A stretch of DNA of 64,000 bases from positions 2,272,001 to 2,336,000 of the forward strand of contig OZ244070.1 of assembly GCA_965215605.1 (NCBI GenBank). The letters run 5' to 3'. This document shows, piece by piece, positions 1-13,659 of this stretch. Each line of letters opens with the position of its first letter. The stretch's first letter is position 1. The position numbers were made by a program, and so were the translations under genes. This stretch comes from an uncultured Candidatus Binatia bacterium. Its GTDB lineage: Bacteria > Desulfobacterota > Binatia > UBA9968 > JAJDTQ01. The notes below the pieces were generated by a model. That model was given only the letters and a program-made list of their open reading frames with translations, did not search any database and had not been told where the DNA came from.

Positions 1-1
1 G

Positions 2-349
2 CTCGATGAGATCACCGTGATAGTTGGCGTTGAATCGCGCCGCTTTCTCTTCATCTAACCTATAGTTAAGGATCCATACGGATGCTTCTGACCACAGAAT
101 TGCCGATACACCAGTCCCCCAATGCTCGAACGGGATCTTGCCGATCGACCATACTGCAAGCCGTGGACAAAGAGCGGTGACTCCGAGTGCGAGTAGGTAA
201 CCCGCCGTCAGGAACAACAGACCAACAATCGCGGATTGGAAGACCAGATGGTAACCCGATAGCCTCACAATGAAGAACCGGGTCACGCGGCACCTGTTTA
301 GGAACCCGTAGCCAAGCAGAGCTGGGAGGATTATAAGGTTAAGGGTCAC
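2..349 (-). CDS. Hypothetical membrane protein (partial, runs off the window start; not in the ORF track)
   Basis: Manual translation from GTG at 349 gives MTLNLIILPALLGYGFLNRCRVTRFFIVRLSGYHLVFQSAIVGLLFLTAGYLLALG..., open to base 2 with several hydrophobic segments. It starts 12 nt after the stop of the 362..544 ORF. Confidence 0.65.
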   Translation of the reverse strand, partial: MTLNLIILPALLGYGFLNRCRVTRFFIVRLSGYHLVFQSAIVGLLFLTAGYLLALGVTALCPRLAVWSIGKIPFEHWGTGVSAILWSEASVWILNYRLDEEKAARFNANYHGDLIE

Positions 350-361
350 CGGAGCGTTTTC

Positions 362-544
362 TTACTCTTCGGACGACGACTCCTCGTGCGGCTTCTTTTG
401 CCAGTGCTCTATTGCCTTGGCAGCCTCTCGAATCGCTTCACGTCCAGCTTCGCTACGGAGAAGCTCACCGCCCTTGACGTAGAGTTCACCACGCCGTGTG
501 ACGTGAAATTTCGGGCCGTCTTTGATATTCAAGTCCTTCGCCAT
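362..544 (-). CDS. Small hypothetical protein (60 aa)
   Basis: ATG preceded by AAGGAG; protein-like composition; co-oriented with the membrane protein gene downstream. Confidence 0.6.
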   Translation of the reverse strand: MAKDLNIKDGPKFHVTRRGELYVKGGELLRSEAGREAIREAAKAIEHWQKKPHEESSSEE

Positions 545-677
545 ACGCCGCTCCTTCCTTGGATATGGGCCGGACGAGCCAGATGCTGCGTCTGACCAGC
601 CATCATTCTGGAGCGTTTACCAAAACCGGCTGTCCTTCTCAACGGAAACGCTGAGTATCAGACCCTGGGAGTGGGGA

Positions 678-753
678 TGGTGGAGCCGATGGGGATCGAA
701 CCCACGACCTCTAGATTGCGAACCTAGCGCTCTCCCAGCTGAGCTACGGCCCC
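678..753 (-). tRNA. tRNA-Ala (CGC)
   Basis: Reverse complement GGGGCCGTAGCTCAGCTGGGAGAGCG-CTAGG TTCGCAA TCTAG-...GTTCGATCCCCATCGGCTCCACCA; 76 nt with encoded CCA. Confidence 0.97.
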
Positions 754-891
754 ACATTCGTGCAGTCCCAATAAGCTAGCATTCCCCAGCGCCCATGTAA
801 ATGAACGGTGCGGGGCGCTCTCGTTCCCGGGCGGATGCCTCATCTGTACTCTTGACACGCCACCGGGGAGTTTCGTACGCCTGCCATCACC

Positions 892-2061
892 ATGAGGACT
901 GCGTACTTTGACCTGATCGCCGGCATCAGCGGAGACATGACGGTAGCCGCGCTGCTGGATGTGGGGGTGCCGCGCAAGCGTTTACAGGAGGAGTTGGAGA
1001 AGCTTCGGGGCGTGGACTTCCGGATCCGGGTGGGCCGGAAGACCGTCAACGGCATCCGGGCGGCCCGGTTCCAGGTCATCGCCGGCGCGGCCCCGCCCCG
1101 GCGGAGTTGGTCCGGCATCCGCCGGCTGATCGAGCGGAGCGGGCTGTCGGCGGAGGTGAAGGCCCGCGCCCTGGCCGTCTTCTCGAAGCTGGCCGAGGCC
1201 GAGGGGAAGATACACGGGGTTTCGCCGGATGAGGTTCATTTCCACGAGGTGGGGGCGGTGGACTCCATCGTCGATATTGTCGCCGCTGCCGTCGCCACCT
1301 GTCACCTGGACATCGACGAGTTCGCCTGTTCCGCGGTGCCGCTGGGCCGGGGGCTGACCGGTTCGATGCACGGGGTGCTGCCGGTGCCGGCGCCGGCCAC
1401 CCTGGAGTTGCTGAGGGGGTTCCCGGTGGAGGACGCGGGCCTGGAGGCGGAGAACGTCACGCCCACCGGCGCCGCAATCCTTTCGGCCCTCGTCACGCAG
1501 CGCGGCGAGGCTCCGGCCATGCGCATCGAGCGCACGGGCTACGGCGCCGGCACGCTGGAGTTCCCGGACCGGCCCAACGTCTTGCGCATCGTGCTCGGGG
1601 AGAGCGAGCTGGCCCTGGGCCGTGACCGCATGATGGTGATGGAGACGCAGATCGACGACATGAACCCCGAACTCTACGACTACGTGCTGGAGCGGCTGTT
1701 CGCCGCCGGAGCCCGGGACGTGACGCTCTCGGCCGTCCAGATGAAGAAGAACCGGCCGGGCACGCTGCTGCGCATCCTGGCCGAGCCGGCGCTGCGGGAC
1801 GGTCTGGCGGAGATCGTGCTGCGGGAGACCTCTACACTGGGCGTGCGGTGCTACGCGGTGGACCGCCTCGTGTTGCGGCGCGAGGTGCGGAAGCTCAAGA
1901 CGCGGTTCGGCACCCTCACGGTGAAGGTTGCGGAAGAGCCCGGAGGGGGGAAGAGGGCGACGCCGGAGTATGACGAGGCGCGGAAGGTCGCGGCGTCCAG
2001 GAAGGTGCCGTTGAAGGCAGTGTACGACGAGGTGACGCGCTGTTTCGTCGGCGGGCAGTGA
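892..2061 (+). CDS. larC: Nickel pincer cofactor nickel-insertion protein LarC
   Basis: GISGDM, HFHEVGAVDSIVDI, PVPAPAT, TPTGAA, ETQIDD and MKKNRPG motifs. Confidence 0.92.
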   Translation: MRTAYFDLIAGISGDMTVAALLDVGVPRKRLQEELEKLRGVDFRIRVGRKTVNGIRAARFQVIAGAAPPRRSWSGIRRLIERSGLSAEVKARALAVFSKLAEAEGKIHGVSPDEVHFHEVGAVDSIVDIVAAAVATCHLDIDEFACSAVPLGRGLTGSMHGVLPVPAPATLELLRGFPVEDAGLEAENVTPTGAAILSALVTQRGEAPAMRIERTGYGAGTLEFPDRPNVLRIVLGESELALGRDRMMVMETQIDDMNPELYDYVLERLFAAGARDVTLSAVQMKKNRPGTLLRILAEPALRDGLAEIVLRETSTLGVRCYAVDRLVLRREVRKLKTRFGTLTVKVAEEPGGGKRATPEYDEARKVAASRKVPLKAVYDEVTRCFVGGQ

Positions 2062-2111
2062 TAGTCCATCGCGGCGGTAGCGCCCCATCATCGCCCCTGG
2101 ATTCCCGCCCC

Positions 2112-4198
<2,087 letters not shown>

Positions 4199-4247
4199 GG
4201 AATTTTCCAGGTATTGCGGTCGGAGTGGGGGCGGCCGCGGGCCGCCC

Positions 4248-5423
4248 TTACAATACCGCCGTGCCGCCCATACGACTTCTTGCTCGCCCGAAGGCTTCCA
4301 GCGTCTGTTCCATCTGATCCGTGGTGTGGGTCGCCATGGTGGTGACCCGCAGCCTCGACGTGCCCGGGGGCACCGTGGGCGGACGGATGCCCTGCACGTA
4401 GAAGCCCGATTCCAGCAGCCGCGCCGCGAGTTCCATGCACGGCTGCTCCTCTCCCACCATGACGGGAATGATCTGGGTGCTGCCGCCCACCGTGTAGCCG
4501 AGCTTGCCGAGGCCGCCGCGGAGTCGCTCCGCGTTGCGTTGCAGCGCGCATTGCCGTGCCGGTTCCTTCTCCACCAGATCCACCGCCGCGCCGGCCATGG
4601 CCAGCACCACCGGCGGCAGCGAGGTGGTGAAGATGAAGCTGCGGGCGCGGTTGATGAGCAGTTCCTTGAAGCCGGTGCCGCCGGCGACATAGGCGCCGAA
4701 CGCTCCCAAGGCCTTTCCCAGGGTGCCCATCTGCACCAGGACCCTGTCCCCCAGCCCCATCTCGGCCACCACGCCAGCGCCGTTGGGCCCTCGCACCCCG
4801 GTGGCGTGGGCCTCGTCCACCATCACCATGGCGCCGTGGCGCTCGGCCAACTCCACCATCTCCCGCAGGGGCGCGATGTCGCCGTCCATGCTGAAGATGG
4901 ACTCCGTGACGACGAGTTTCCGTACTCCGGCAGGCGCATCCTTCAGCAGGCTCTCCAGGTGATCCATGTCGCAGTGGCGGTACACCGACACCTCCGCCCG
5001 GGAGAGCCGGCAGCCATCGATGATGCTGGCATGGTTCAGCTCGTCGCTCAGCACCACGTCGCCCTTCTCCACCAGCGTGGCGATGATGCCCACGTTGGCT
5101 TGGTAGCCGCTGTTGAACACCAGCGCCGCCTCGGTCCCCTTGAAAAGCGCGATCCGCCGTTCCAGCTCCTCGTGCGCGGTCATGTTTCCCGAGATCAGCC
5201 GCGAGGCTCCCGAGCCGCCGCCGTACCGTTCCAGCGCCTCCCGGGCGGCGGCCTTCAGGGCGGGATGGTTGGCCAGCCCAAGGTAGTTGTTGGAGGAGAG
5301 GTTCAGCACCTCCCGGCCGTCGAGCCGGACGGTGGCATCCTGCTCGCCGTCCACGACCTTCAACTGCCGGTAAAGGTTCCGGCTCCGGATCTCCGCCAGC
5401 CGTTGTTCGATGAAATCGATCAT
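4248..5423 (-). CDS. bioF: 8-amino-7-oxononanoate synthase
   Basis: SSNNYLGLA, NHASIIDG, VDEAHA, GTLGKALG and IRPPTVP motifs; clustered with bioA and bioD. Confidence 0.93.
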   Translation of the reverse strand: MIDFIEQRLAEIRSRNLYRQLKVVDGEQDATVRLDGREVLNLSSNNYLGLANHPALKAAAREALERYGGGSGASRLISGNMTAHEELERRIALFKGTEAALVFNSGYQANVGIIATLVEKGDVVLSDELNHASIIDGCRLSRAEVSVYRHCDMDHLESLLKDAPAGVRKLVVTESIFSMDGDIAPLREMVELAERHGAMVMVDEAHATGVRGPNGAGVVAEMGLGDRVLVQMGTLGKALGAFGAYVAGGTGFKELLINRARSFIFTTSLPPVVLAMAGAAVDLVEKEPARQCALQRNAERLRGGLGKLGYTVGGSTQIIPVMVGEEQPCMELAARLLESGFYVQGIRPPTVPPGTSRLRVTTMATHTTDQMEQTLEAFGRARSRMGGTAVL

Positions 5424-5531
5424 GGCTTTGGTTGGGTAGATAACAGAAATACCGTTTCCTAACCAGAAAACCCGTTCTGGATCCTGCGCCTGTACCGAAG
5501 TCCCTACGTCCGCCGTCCAGATGGGTCCGCG

Positions 5532-5559
5532 TTGACTTTGGCGATTCCGTACCTAGATT
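5532..5559 (+). promoter_or_regulatory. Putative sigma70-type promoter of clpB
   Basis: TTGACT-16 nt-TAGATT, 45 nt upstream of the ATG, which has a GGAGGAG Shine-Dalgarno. Confidence 0.4.
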
Positions 5560-5604
5560 TTGTAAGGCTTCCGGCGTTGCAAGGCGGGGAGCCGGAGGAG
5601 TGTC

Positions 5605-8229
<2,625 letters not shown>

Positions 8230-8258
8230 CGCCTGGAGCCTGTTCGAGGCGACGGAAA

Positions 8259-8342
8259 CCGAGCACGCTCGCGTTCGATACCCACAAGGCGGTGAAGGCG
8301 CTCAGGGAGGCAGGTTTCGGCGACGCCCAGGCGGAGGCCTAC
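8259..8342 (+). pseudogene. N-terminal remnant of a DUF1640/CCDC90-like protein
   Basis: Translates as STLAFDTHKAVKALREAGFGDAQAEA. CCG sits where the ATG is expected and there is no coiled-coil body afterwards. Confidence 0.55.
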
Positions 8343-8385
8343 GGCGTCATTTGCAATGGCCGCGAGCCCTCGCTAGAATTTCCGG

Positions 8386-9465
8386 ATGCAGTCCCTCCTG
8401 AGAAAAAACATCGAAGATCTGGAAGGTTACACGCCCGGAGAGCAGCCCAAGCGGGCCGACCTCATCAAGCTCAACACCAACGAGAACCCCTATCCGCCGT
8501 CTCCACGGGTGTCGGCCGCCGTCCGCAAGGAACTCACCTCTGCCCTGCGTCTCTATCCCGATCCCGTGGCCCTGGAGCTGCGGAAACGGGCGGCGGTCCT
8601 CTACAACGTCCGCCCGGAGAACGTCATGGCGGGCAACGGCTCGGACGAGCTGCTGGCGATCCTGATGCGCTGCTACGTGGGCGAGGGTGACGGCGTGTCC
8701 TATCCGGTCCCCACCTACAGCCTGTACGAGACGTTGATCGCCATACAGGGCGGGCAGAGTCTGACGGTTCCTTATCCCGACAACTTCACCATACCGGCGC
8801 CGCTCTACTCCCAGTCGAGCAAGGTCACCATCCTGTGCAATCCCAACGCCCCTTCGGGCACCCTGGAGCCGGTGGGCGAGATCGCTCGCTTGGCGCGTTC
8901 GGTGGCCGGCCTGCTGATCGTGGACGAGGCCTACATCGATTTCGCCGACAGCGACGAAACCGCCATCGCGCTGGTCAAGCGCTTTCCCAACCTGGTGGTG
9001 CTGCGCACCTTTTCCAAGGCCTTCTCGCTGGCCGGCATGCGCGTCGGGCTGGCCTTCGGCGGCGAAGACATCGTGCGCAACATGCTCAAGGTCAAGGACT
9101 CCTACAACCTGTGCCGCCTGAGCCTCGCCGCCGCCGCGGCCGCCCTGGAAGACATGGAATGGATGCGCCGGAACGTCGGACGGATCCAGCGGACCCGCCG
9201 GACGCTGATCCGCGGCCTCCGCAGGCTCGGGTTCGAAGTTCACCCTTCCCAAGCCAACTTCGTGATGGCGCGGCTGGGCAGGGACAGCATCCGGTGGCTG
9301 CACGATGGGCTCCGGGACCGGGGCATCCTGGTGCGCTTCTTCGATATCCCCGAGCTTCGGAACATGATCCGGGTGACGGTGGGACGACCGCAGGAGATCC
9401 GGGCGCTCCTCACCGAGACGGAGGCCCTGCTCCAGGGCCGTGGCTTGATCCGGAAGGCGTCGTAG
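8386..9465 (+). CDS. hisC: Histidinol-phosphate aminotransferase
   Basis: KLNTNENPYPPSP, GNGSDE, NPNAPSG, VDEAY and RTFSKAFSLAGMRVG motifs. Confidence 0.95.
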   Translation: MQSLLRKNIEDLEGYTPGEQPKRADLIKLNTNENPYPPSPRVSAAVRKELTSALRLYPDPVALELRKRAAVLYNVRPENVMAGNGSDELLAILMRCYVGEGDGVSYPVPTYSLYETLIAIQGGQSLTVPYPDNFTIPAPLYSQSSKVTILCNPNAPSGTLEPVGEIARLARSVAGLLIVDEAYIDFADSDETAIALVKRFPNLVVLRTFSKAFSLAGMRVGLAFGGEDIVRNMLKVKDSYNLCRLSLAAAAAALEDMEWMRRNVGRIQRTRRTLIRGLRRLGFEVHPSQANFVMARLGRDSIRWLHDGLRDRGILVRFFDIPELRNMIRVTVGRPQEIRALLTETEALLQGRGLIRKAS

Positions 9466-9513
9466 CGCCGGGCATGGGCGCGCCCCACGGCATCGCCGAT
9501 GTGAGGTGGAGCC

Positions 9514-10836
9514 CTACACCGCGGCGTTCAGGCGGCGGTTCTCCTCTACCCGGATCTTGACGATCCTTCGGCCCTCCACATCCACGATGGTGAGCCGGTG
9601 GTCGTCGGTTTCGATCTTTTCGCCGCCCCGGGGAATGCGCTTCAGCTTGGCCAGCACGAATCCCGCCAGGGTGTGGTAGTCCACCGACTCCTCGAACGGC
9701 AGCTCGTAGTCCGACTGGAGGTCCCTGAGCAGGGCGGAGCCCGACACCACCAGCGAGCCGTCCGGCAGCCGCTCCACCGGCCCCCGTTCCTCGGCGTCGT
9801 ACTCGTCGCGGATCTCGCCTACGATCTCCTCGAGGATGTCCTCGAGGGTCGCCAGCCCTTCCACCTCGCCGTACTCGTTCACCACCAGCGCCAGCGCCAT
9901 GCGGCGCCGCTGCAGGTCCTTCAGAAGCTGGCTGATGGGCAACGAGCTGGGCACGAAGAACGGCGGATGCATCATGTTGCGAAGGTCGATGGGCTCGTTG
10001 GCCTGCATCGCCCGCAGGATGTCCTTGTTGTAGATGATGCCCAGCACTTGGTCCATGTCGTTCTCGTACACCGGCAACCGGGAAAAGCCGCTCTCCACGA
10101 AGTTCCGCAGAATGTCGGCCGGTTCCGTCCCGATGTCGACGGCGTGTATCTCGGTTCTGGGGATCATCACCGCCCGCACGGGCGTGTCCACGAAGTCGAA
10201 GACGCTGTGGATCAGCTCTTTCTCGGTCTCGTCGAAGATGCCCTTGGCGGTGCCTTCCCGGATGAGCGACTTGACCTCCTCCTCGGAGATGAAGCTGGCG
10301 GTGCCGGTCTCCTTGCCGCCGAAGACCCGAAGGACCCCGTTGCTGGAGCGGGTCAGGATCTGCACCAGAAAGGACGTGCTCCTGGAGATGGCGTCGATGG
10401 GAAGCGCCACGAAGAACGCGATGCGCTCGGAGTAGCGCAACGCCAGGGTCTTGGGCACGAGTTCGCCGAGCACCAGGCTCAGGTAGGCGATGGGCAACAC
10501 CACGATGAGAAGGGCGGCGTAGTTGCCCCAGGTCTCGGCGTAGGGAATCGGCAGCGATTGCAACTGCGGCTTCAGGAGCTGGATGGCCCCGGCGCCTCCG
10601 ATGGCGGAGGCCAGGGTGCCGACGAAGGTAATGCCGATCTGGACCGTGGCCAGGAACCGGTCGGGCTCGTCCTTGAGCCGCTCCAGGGCCGCCGCCGAGC
10701 GAGCGCCGCGGCCTCGGACCTGATCGACACGCGTCCTGCGGGTCGCGATCACGGCGATCTCCGCTGCGGCGAAGAAGCCGTTGGCCAGGATCAACAGAAA
10801 GATGATCGTGGCACCCAACCATATGCTGTCAAGCAT
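9514..10836 (-). CDS. CNNM (DUF21)-CBS-CorC/HlyC membrane protein (hemolysin family, Mg2+/Co2+ transport-related)
   Basis: NGFFAAAEIA, LATVQIGIT, GELVPK, tandem CBS (FSRLPVY, VVNEYG...TLEDILEEIVGEIRDEYD) and a C-terminal CorC domain. Confidence 0.92.
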   Translation of the reverse strand: MLDSIWLGATIIFLLILANGFFAAAEIAVIATRRTRVDQVRGRGARSAAALERLKDEPDRFLATVQIGITFVGTLASAIGGAGAIQLLKPQLQSLPIPYAETWGNYAALLIVVLPIAYLSLVLGELVPKTLALRYSERIAFFVALPIDAISRSTSFLVQILTRSSNGVLRVFGGKETGTASFISEEEVKSLIREGTAKGIFDETEKELIHSVFDFVDTPVRAVMIPRTEIHAVDIGTEPADILRNFVESGFSRLPVYENDMDQVLGIIYNKDILRAMQANEPIDLRNMMHPPFFVPSSLPISQLLKDLQRRRMALALVVNEYGEVEGLATLEDILEEIVGEIRDEYDAEERGPVERLPDGSLVVSGSALLRDLQSDYELPFEESVDYHTLAGFVLAKLKRIPRGGEKIETDDHRLTIVDVEGRRIVKIRVEENRRLNAAV

Positions 10837-10939
10837 GAATCAATCTCCCGTCCGGTATGCCGAGACGCAAAAAGGCAACGAGGAATCTCGCCCCCGGGCG
10901 AGCCGGGCGCGGAAAATTTCCACGGACGTTCAGTTCAAT

Positions 10940-11062
10940 CTAGGGACACATGAGTCCCGGTGGAGCAATCGGGAATTTGAGGAAGCAGGGGAGGACGACG
11001 GGAGCCTTCAGGGGCAAAATGCGCGACGGAGGCTTGCTGTCATCTTGTGGGTCATCTGACAT
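10940..11062 (-). CDS. Putative proline-rich leader peptide or small protein (40 aa, 10 Pro)
   Basis: AAGGAG 7 nt before the ATG; MSDDPQDDSKPPSRILPLKAPVVLPCFLKFPIAPPGLMCP*. Below the ORF-track size cut-off. Confidence 0.55.
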   Translation of the reverse strand: MSDDPQDDSKPPSRILPLKAPVVLPCFLKFPIAPPGLMCP

Positions 11063-11230
11063 GGACGGACTCCTTGTCTCCGTTGCGCCGGAGACGGGGT
11101 TGACACTTGCCAGAAATCTCCTTCATCTGCGGCGAAAATGCAAGACCCCATCCACGGCTCGAGTCGGTGGAGTCTTCTAGTTGACCTGTCAACCCGTATC
11201 CGTTATGCAAACCATTTTGAGCGTTTGGCA

Positions 11231-12442
11231 ATGACGACGCGCCGAGTCCCACGACTGCTGAAGGAATGTCTCGACGGCGGGGCCTTGGCGCCGGGCGACG
11301 CCCTCCTGCTGTCCGGTGTCGAGGGAGATGAGTTCACGGCGCTGCTTCGAGCGGCCGCGGAGTTGCGCGACCGCCACAAGGGCCGGACCGTCACCTTCTC
11401 CCCCAAGGTTTTCATTCCGCTGACCAATCTCTGCCGCGACTTCTGCGGCTACTGCACGTTCCGCCGGGCTCCTGGCGAGGAGGGCGCCCGGACCCTGTCG
11501 CTGGACGAGGTGCTGGAGACGGTGCGGCGGGCCGGGATGATGGGCTGCACCGAGGTGCTGTTCAGCTTGGGGGACAAGCCCGAGGCCATCTACCCGGAGA
11601 TGCGGGAGTTCCTCGGGCGGGCCGGTTACCGCAGGACGCTGGAATACCTGTACGACGCCTGCGGCGTGGTGCTGGAAGAGACCGGGCTGCTGCCTCACGC
11701 CAACCCCGGACTCATGGCCCGCGGGGACCTGGAGCGGCTCAGACGGGTCAACGTCAGCATGGGGCTGATGCTGGAGAACGTCAGCGAACGCCTCATGGGG
11801 CCCGGCGGCCCTCACGCCGACGCGCCGGACAAGAAGCCGGCGGCGCGGCTCCGGACTCTGGCCGAGGCGGGCCGGTTGCGCATCCCGTTCACCACCGGGA
11901 TCCTCATCGGCATCGGCGAAACCTGGGAGGAGCGCGTCGCGTCGCTGTACGCCATCCGGGAGTTGCATGAGAGCCACGGCCATATACAGGAAGTGATCGT
12001 GCAGAACTTCCGCGTGAAGCCCGAGATTCCCATGCACGATCAGCCGCACGCCGAGTATGACGAGGAGGCCAGGACCATCGCGCTGGCGCGGCTGATCCTG
12101 GGCGGCGACATGAACATCCAGGCGCCGCCCAACCTCACGCCGGAATGCTATGAGTGGTACCTCAACGCGGGCATCAACGATTGGGGCGGAGTGTCGCCCG
12201 TCACCCGGGACTTCATCAACCCCGAGGCCCCCTGGCCCGAGCTGGTGGAGCTGGCGGAGCGGACGGCGGCCGCGGGTTTCGCGTTGAAGCCCCGGCTCCC
12301 CATCTATCCCGAATACATCGCCCGGGCGGAGCGGTTCATCGCGCCCGAGCTGATCCCCTACGTGGAGCGGTTGTGCGGCGAGGACGGTCTCGTCGCGCCT
12401 GGAGGAAATCATGAGCCACATCGAAGCGATGTTCGACTATGA
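11231..12442 (+). CDS. cofG: FO synthase subunit CofG (radical SAM)
   Basis: FIPLTNLCRDFCGYCTF, LPHANPG, SMGLMLE, FTTGILIGIGE, QAPPNL and DWGGVSP motifs. Confidence 0.93.
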   Translation: MTTRRVPRLLKECLDGGALAPGDALLLSGVEGDEFTALLRAAAELRDRHKGRTVTFSPKVFIPLTNLCRDFCGYCTFRRAPGEEGARTLSLDEVLETVRRAGMMGCTEVLFSLGDKPEAIYPEMREFLGRAGYRRTLEYLYDACGVVLEETGLLPHANPGLMARGDLERLRRVNVSMGLMLENVSERLMGPGGPHADAPDKKPAARLRTLAEAGRLRIPFTTGILIGIGETWEERVASLYAIRELHESHGHIQEVIVQNFRVKPEIPMHDQPHAEYDEEARTIALARLILGGDMNIQAPPNLTPECYEWYLNAGINDWGGVSPVTRDFINPEAPWPELVELAERTAAAGFALKPRLPIYPEYIARAERFIAPELIPYVERLCGEDGLVAPGGNHEPHRSDVRL

Positions 12443-13655
12443 CAGCGGGGCGGAACGGCTGAACCAACTGCTGCCCCGCATCGAGGCTCGAGTCGCGCGA
12501 ATCCTGGAAGACGCCCTGGCGGGCCGCGAGGTCACGCGGGAAGAGGGGCTGGCGTTGTCCGAGGTGACCGGCGACGAGCTCGCTGCCCTGGCGGTGACCG
12601 CCGACCTGATGCGGCAGGCCAAGGTGGGCGACCGCGTCACCTACGTGGTGTGCCGGAACATCAACTTCACCAACGTGTGTTACGTCGGCTGCAAGTTCTG
12701 CGCGTTTCACACCGGTCCCAACAAGCCCGGAAGCTGGGACAACTCCCTGGAAGAGGTGGCGGACAAGGCCGAAGAGGCGTGGAACCGGGGCGCCACCGAG
12801 ATCTGCATGCAGGGCGGTCTGCCCAAGGGCATGACGCCGTTCTATTACCGCGACCTGTTGCAGGCCATCCGCTCCCGCGTTCCCGGCATCCACATCCACG
12901 CCTACTCGCCCATGGAGATCACCTACGGCGTCGAGCTCACCGGCATGCCCCTGGACGAGTACCTGCGGATGTTGCGGGACTCCGGCCTCGACAGCGTGCC
13001 GGGCACGGCCGCGGAGATCCTGGACGACGAGGTGCGGATGGTGCTGTCGAAGAACAAGGTCAGCACCGAGCAGTGGAAACGGGTGATCCGGACCGCCCAT
13101 GAGGTGGGCATCTTCACCACCTCCACCATGATGTACGGCCACCGGGAGAACGGCAGCCACTGGGTCAACCACATGCTGCTGCTGCGGGACATCCAGAAGG
13201 AGACCGGCGGCTTCACCGAGTTCGTTCCGCTGGGGTTCGTGCACGAGAACACCGCGCTCTACCAGCAGGGCCTGGCCCGGCCCGGCCCCACCGAGGAGGA
13301 GGACATCCGGGTCCACGCGCTGGCGCGGGTGCTCCTGAACGACGCCATTCCCAACATCCAGGTTTCCTGGGTGAAGATGGGCCGGCGCATGTCGCAGCTC
13401 TGTCTCAAGTCCGGCGCCAACGACTTCGGCGGCACGCTCATGGAGGAGAGCATCTCCCGGCTCGCGGGCTCCACCGAGGGGCAGATGATCTGGCCACACG
13501 AGTTCCGTTCGCTGATCCGCGGCATCAACCGAATTCCGGCCGAGCGCTCCACGGGCTACGAACTCCTGAGGACGTGGGAGGACGAGTCCGGGATGCTCGC
13601 GGGCGACTTCGCGCCGGCGGACAGCGCTCCGGACCAGCCGGCCGCCGGCCTGTAG
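12411..13655 (+). CDS. cofH: FO synthase subunit CofH (radical SAM)
   Basis: NINFTNVCYVGCKFCAF, PGTAAEILDD, TMMYGH, NIQVSWVK and NDFGGTLMEESISR motifs. Confidence 0.92.
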   Translation: MSHIEAMFDYDSGAERLNQLLPRIEARVARILEDALAGREVTREEGLALSEVTGDELAALAVTADLMRQAKVGDRVTYVVCRNINFTNVCYVGCKFCAFHTGPNKPGSWDNSLEEVADKAEEAWNRGATEICMQGGLPKGMTPFYYRDLLQAIRSRVPGIHIHAYSPMEITYGVELTGMPLDEYLRMLRDSGLDSVPGTAAEILDDEVRMVLSKNKVSTEQWKRVIRTAHEVGIFTTSTMMYGHRENGSHWVNHMLLLRDIQKETGGFTEFVPLGFVHENTALYQQGLARPGPTEEEDIRVHALARVLLNDAIPNIQVSWVKMGRRMSQLCLKSGANDFGGTLMEESISRLAGSTEGQMIWPHEFRSLIRGINRIPAERSTGYELLRTWEDESGMLAGDFAPADSAPDQPAAGL

Positions 13656-13659
13656 GAAG

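Noticed and set aside
66-293. 75-aa ORF from the ORF track
   Set aside because: It overlaps a more protein-like membrane-protein frame (2..349) on the same strand.
5424-5530. BirA operator upstream of bioF
   Set aside because: No TGTAAAC-N14-16-GTTTACA-like palindrome is visible.
11180-11193. Palindrome GTTGAC-CT-GTCAAC upstream of cofG as an operator
   Set aside because: It can be explained by back-to-back -35 hexamers of divergent promoters. It is a single copy with no regulator nearby.
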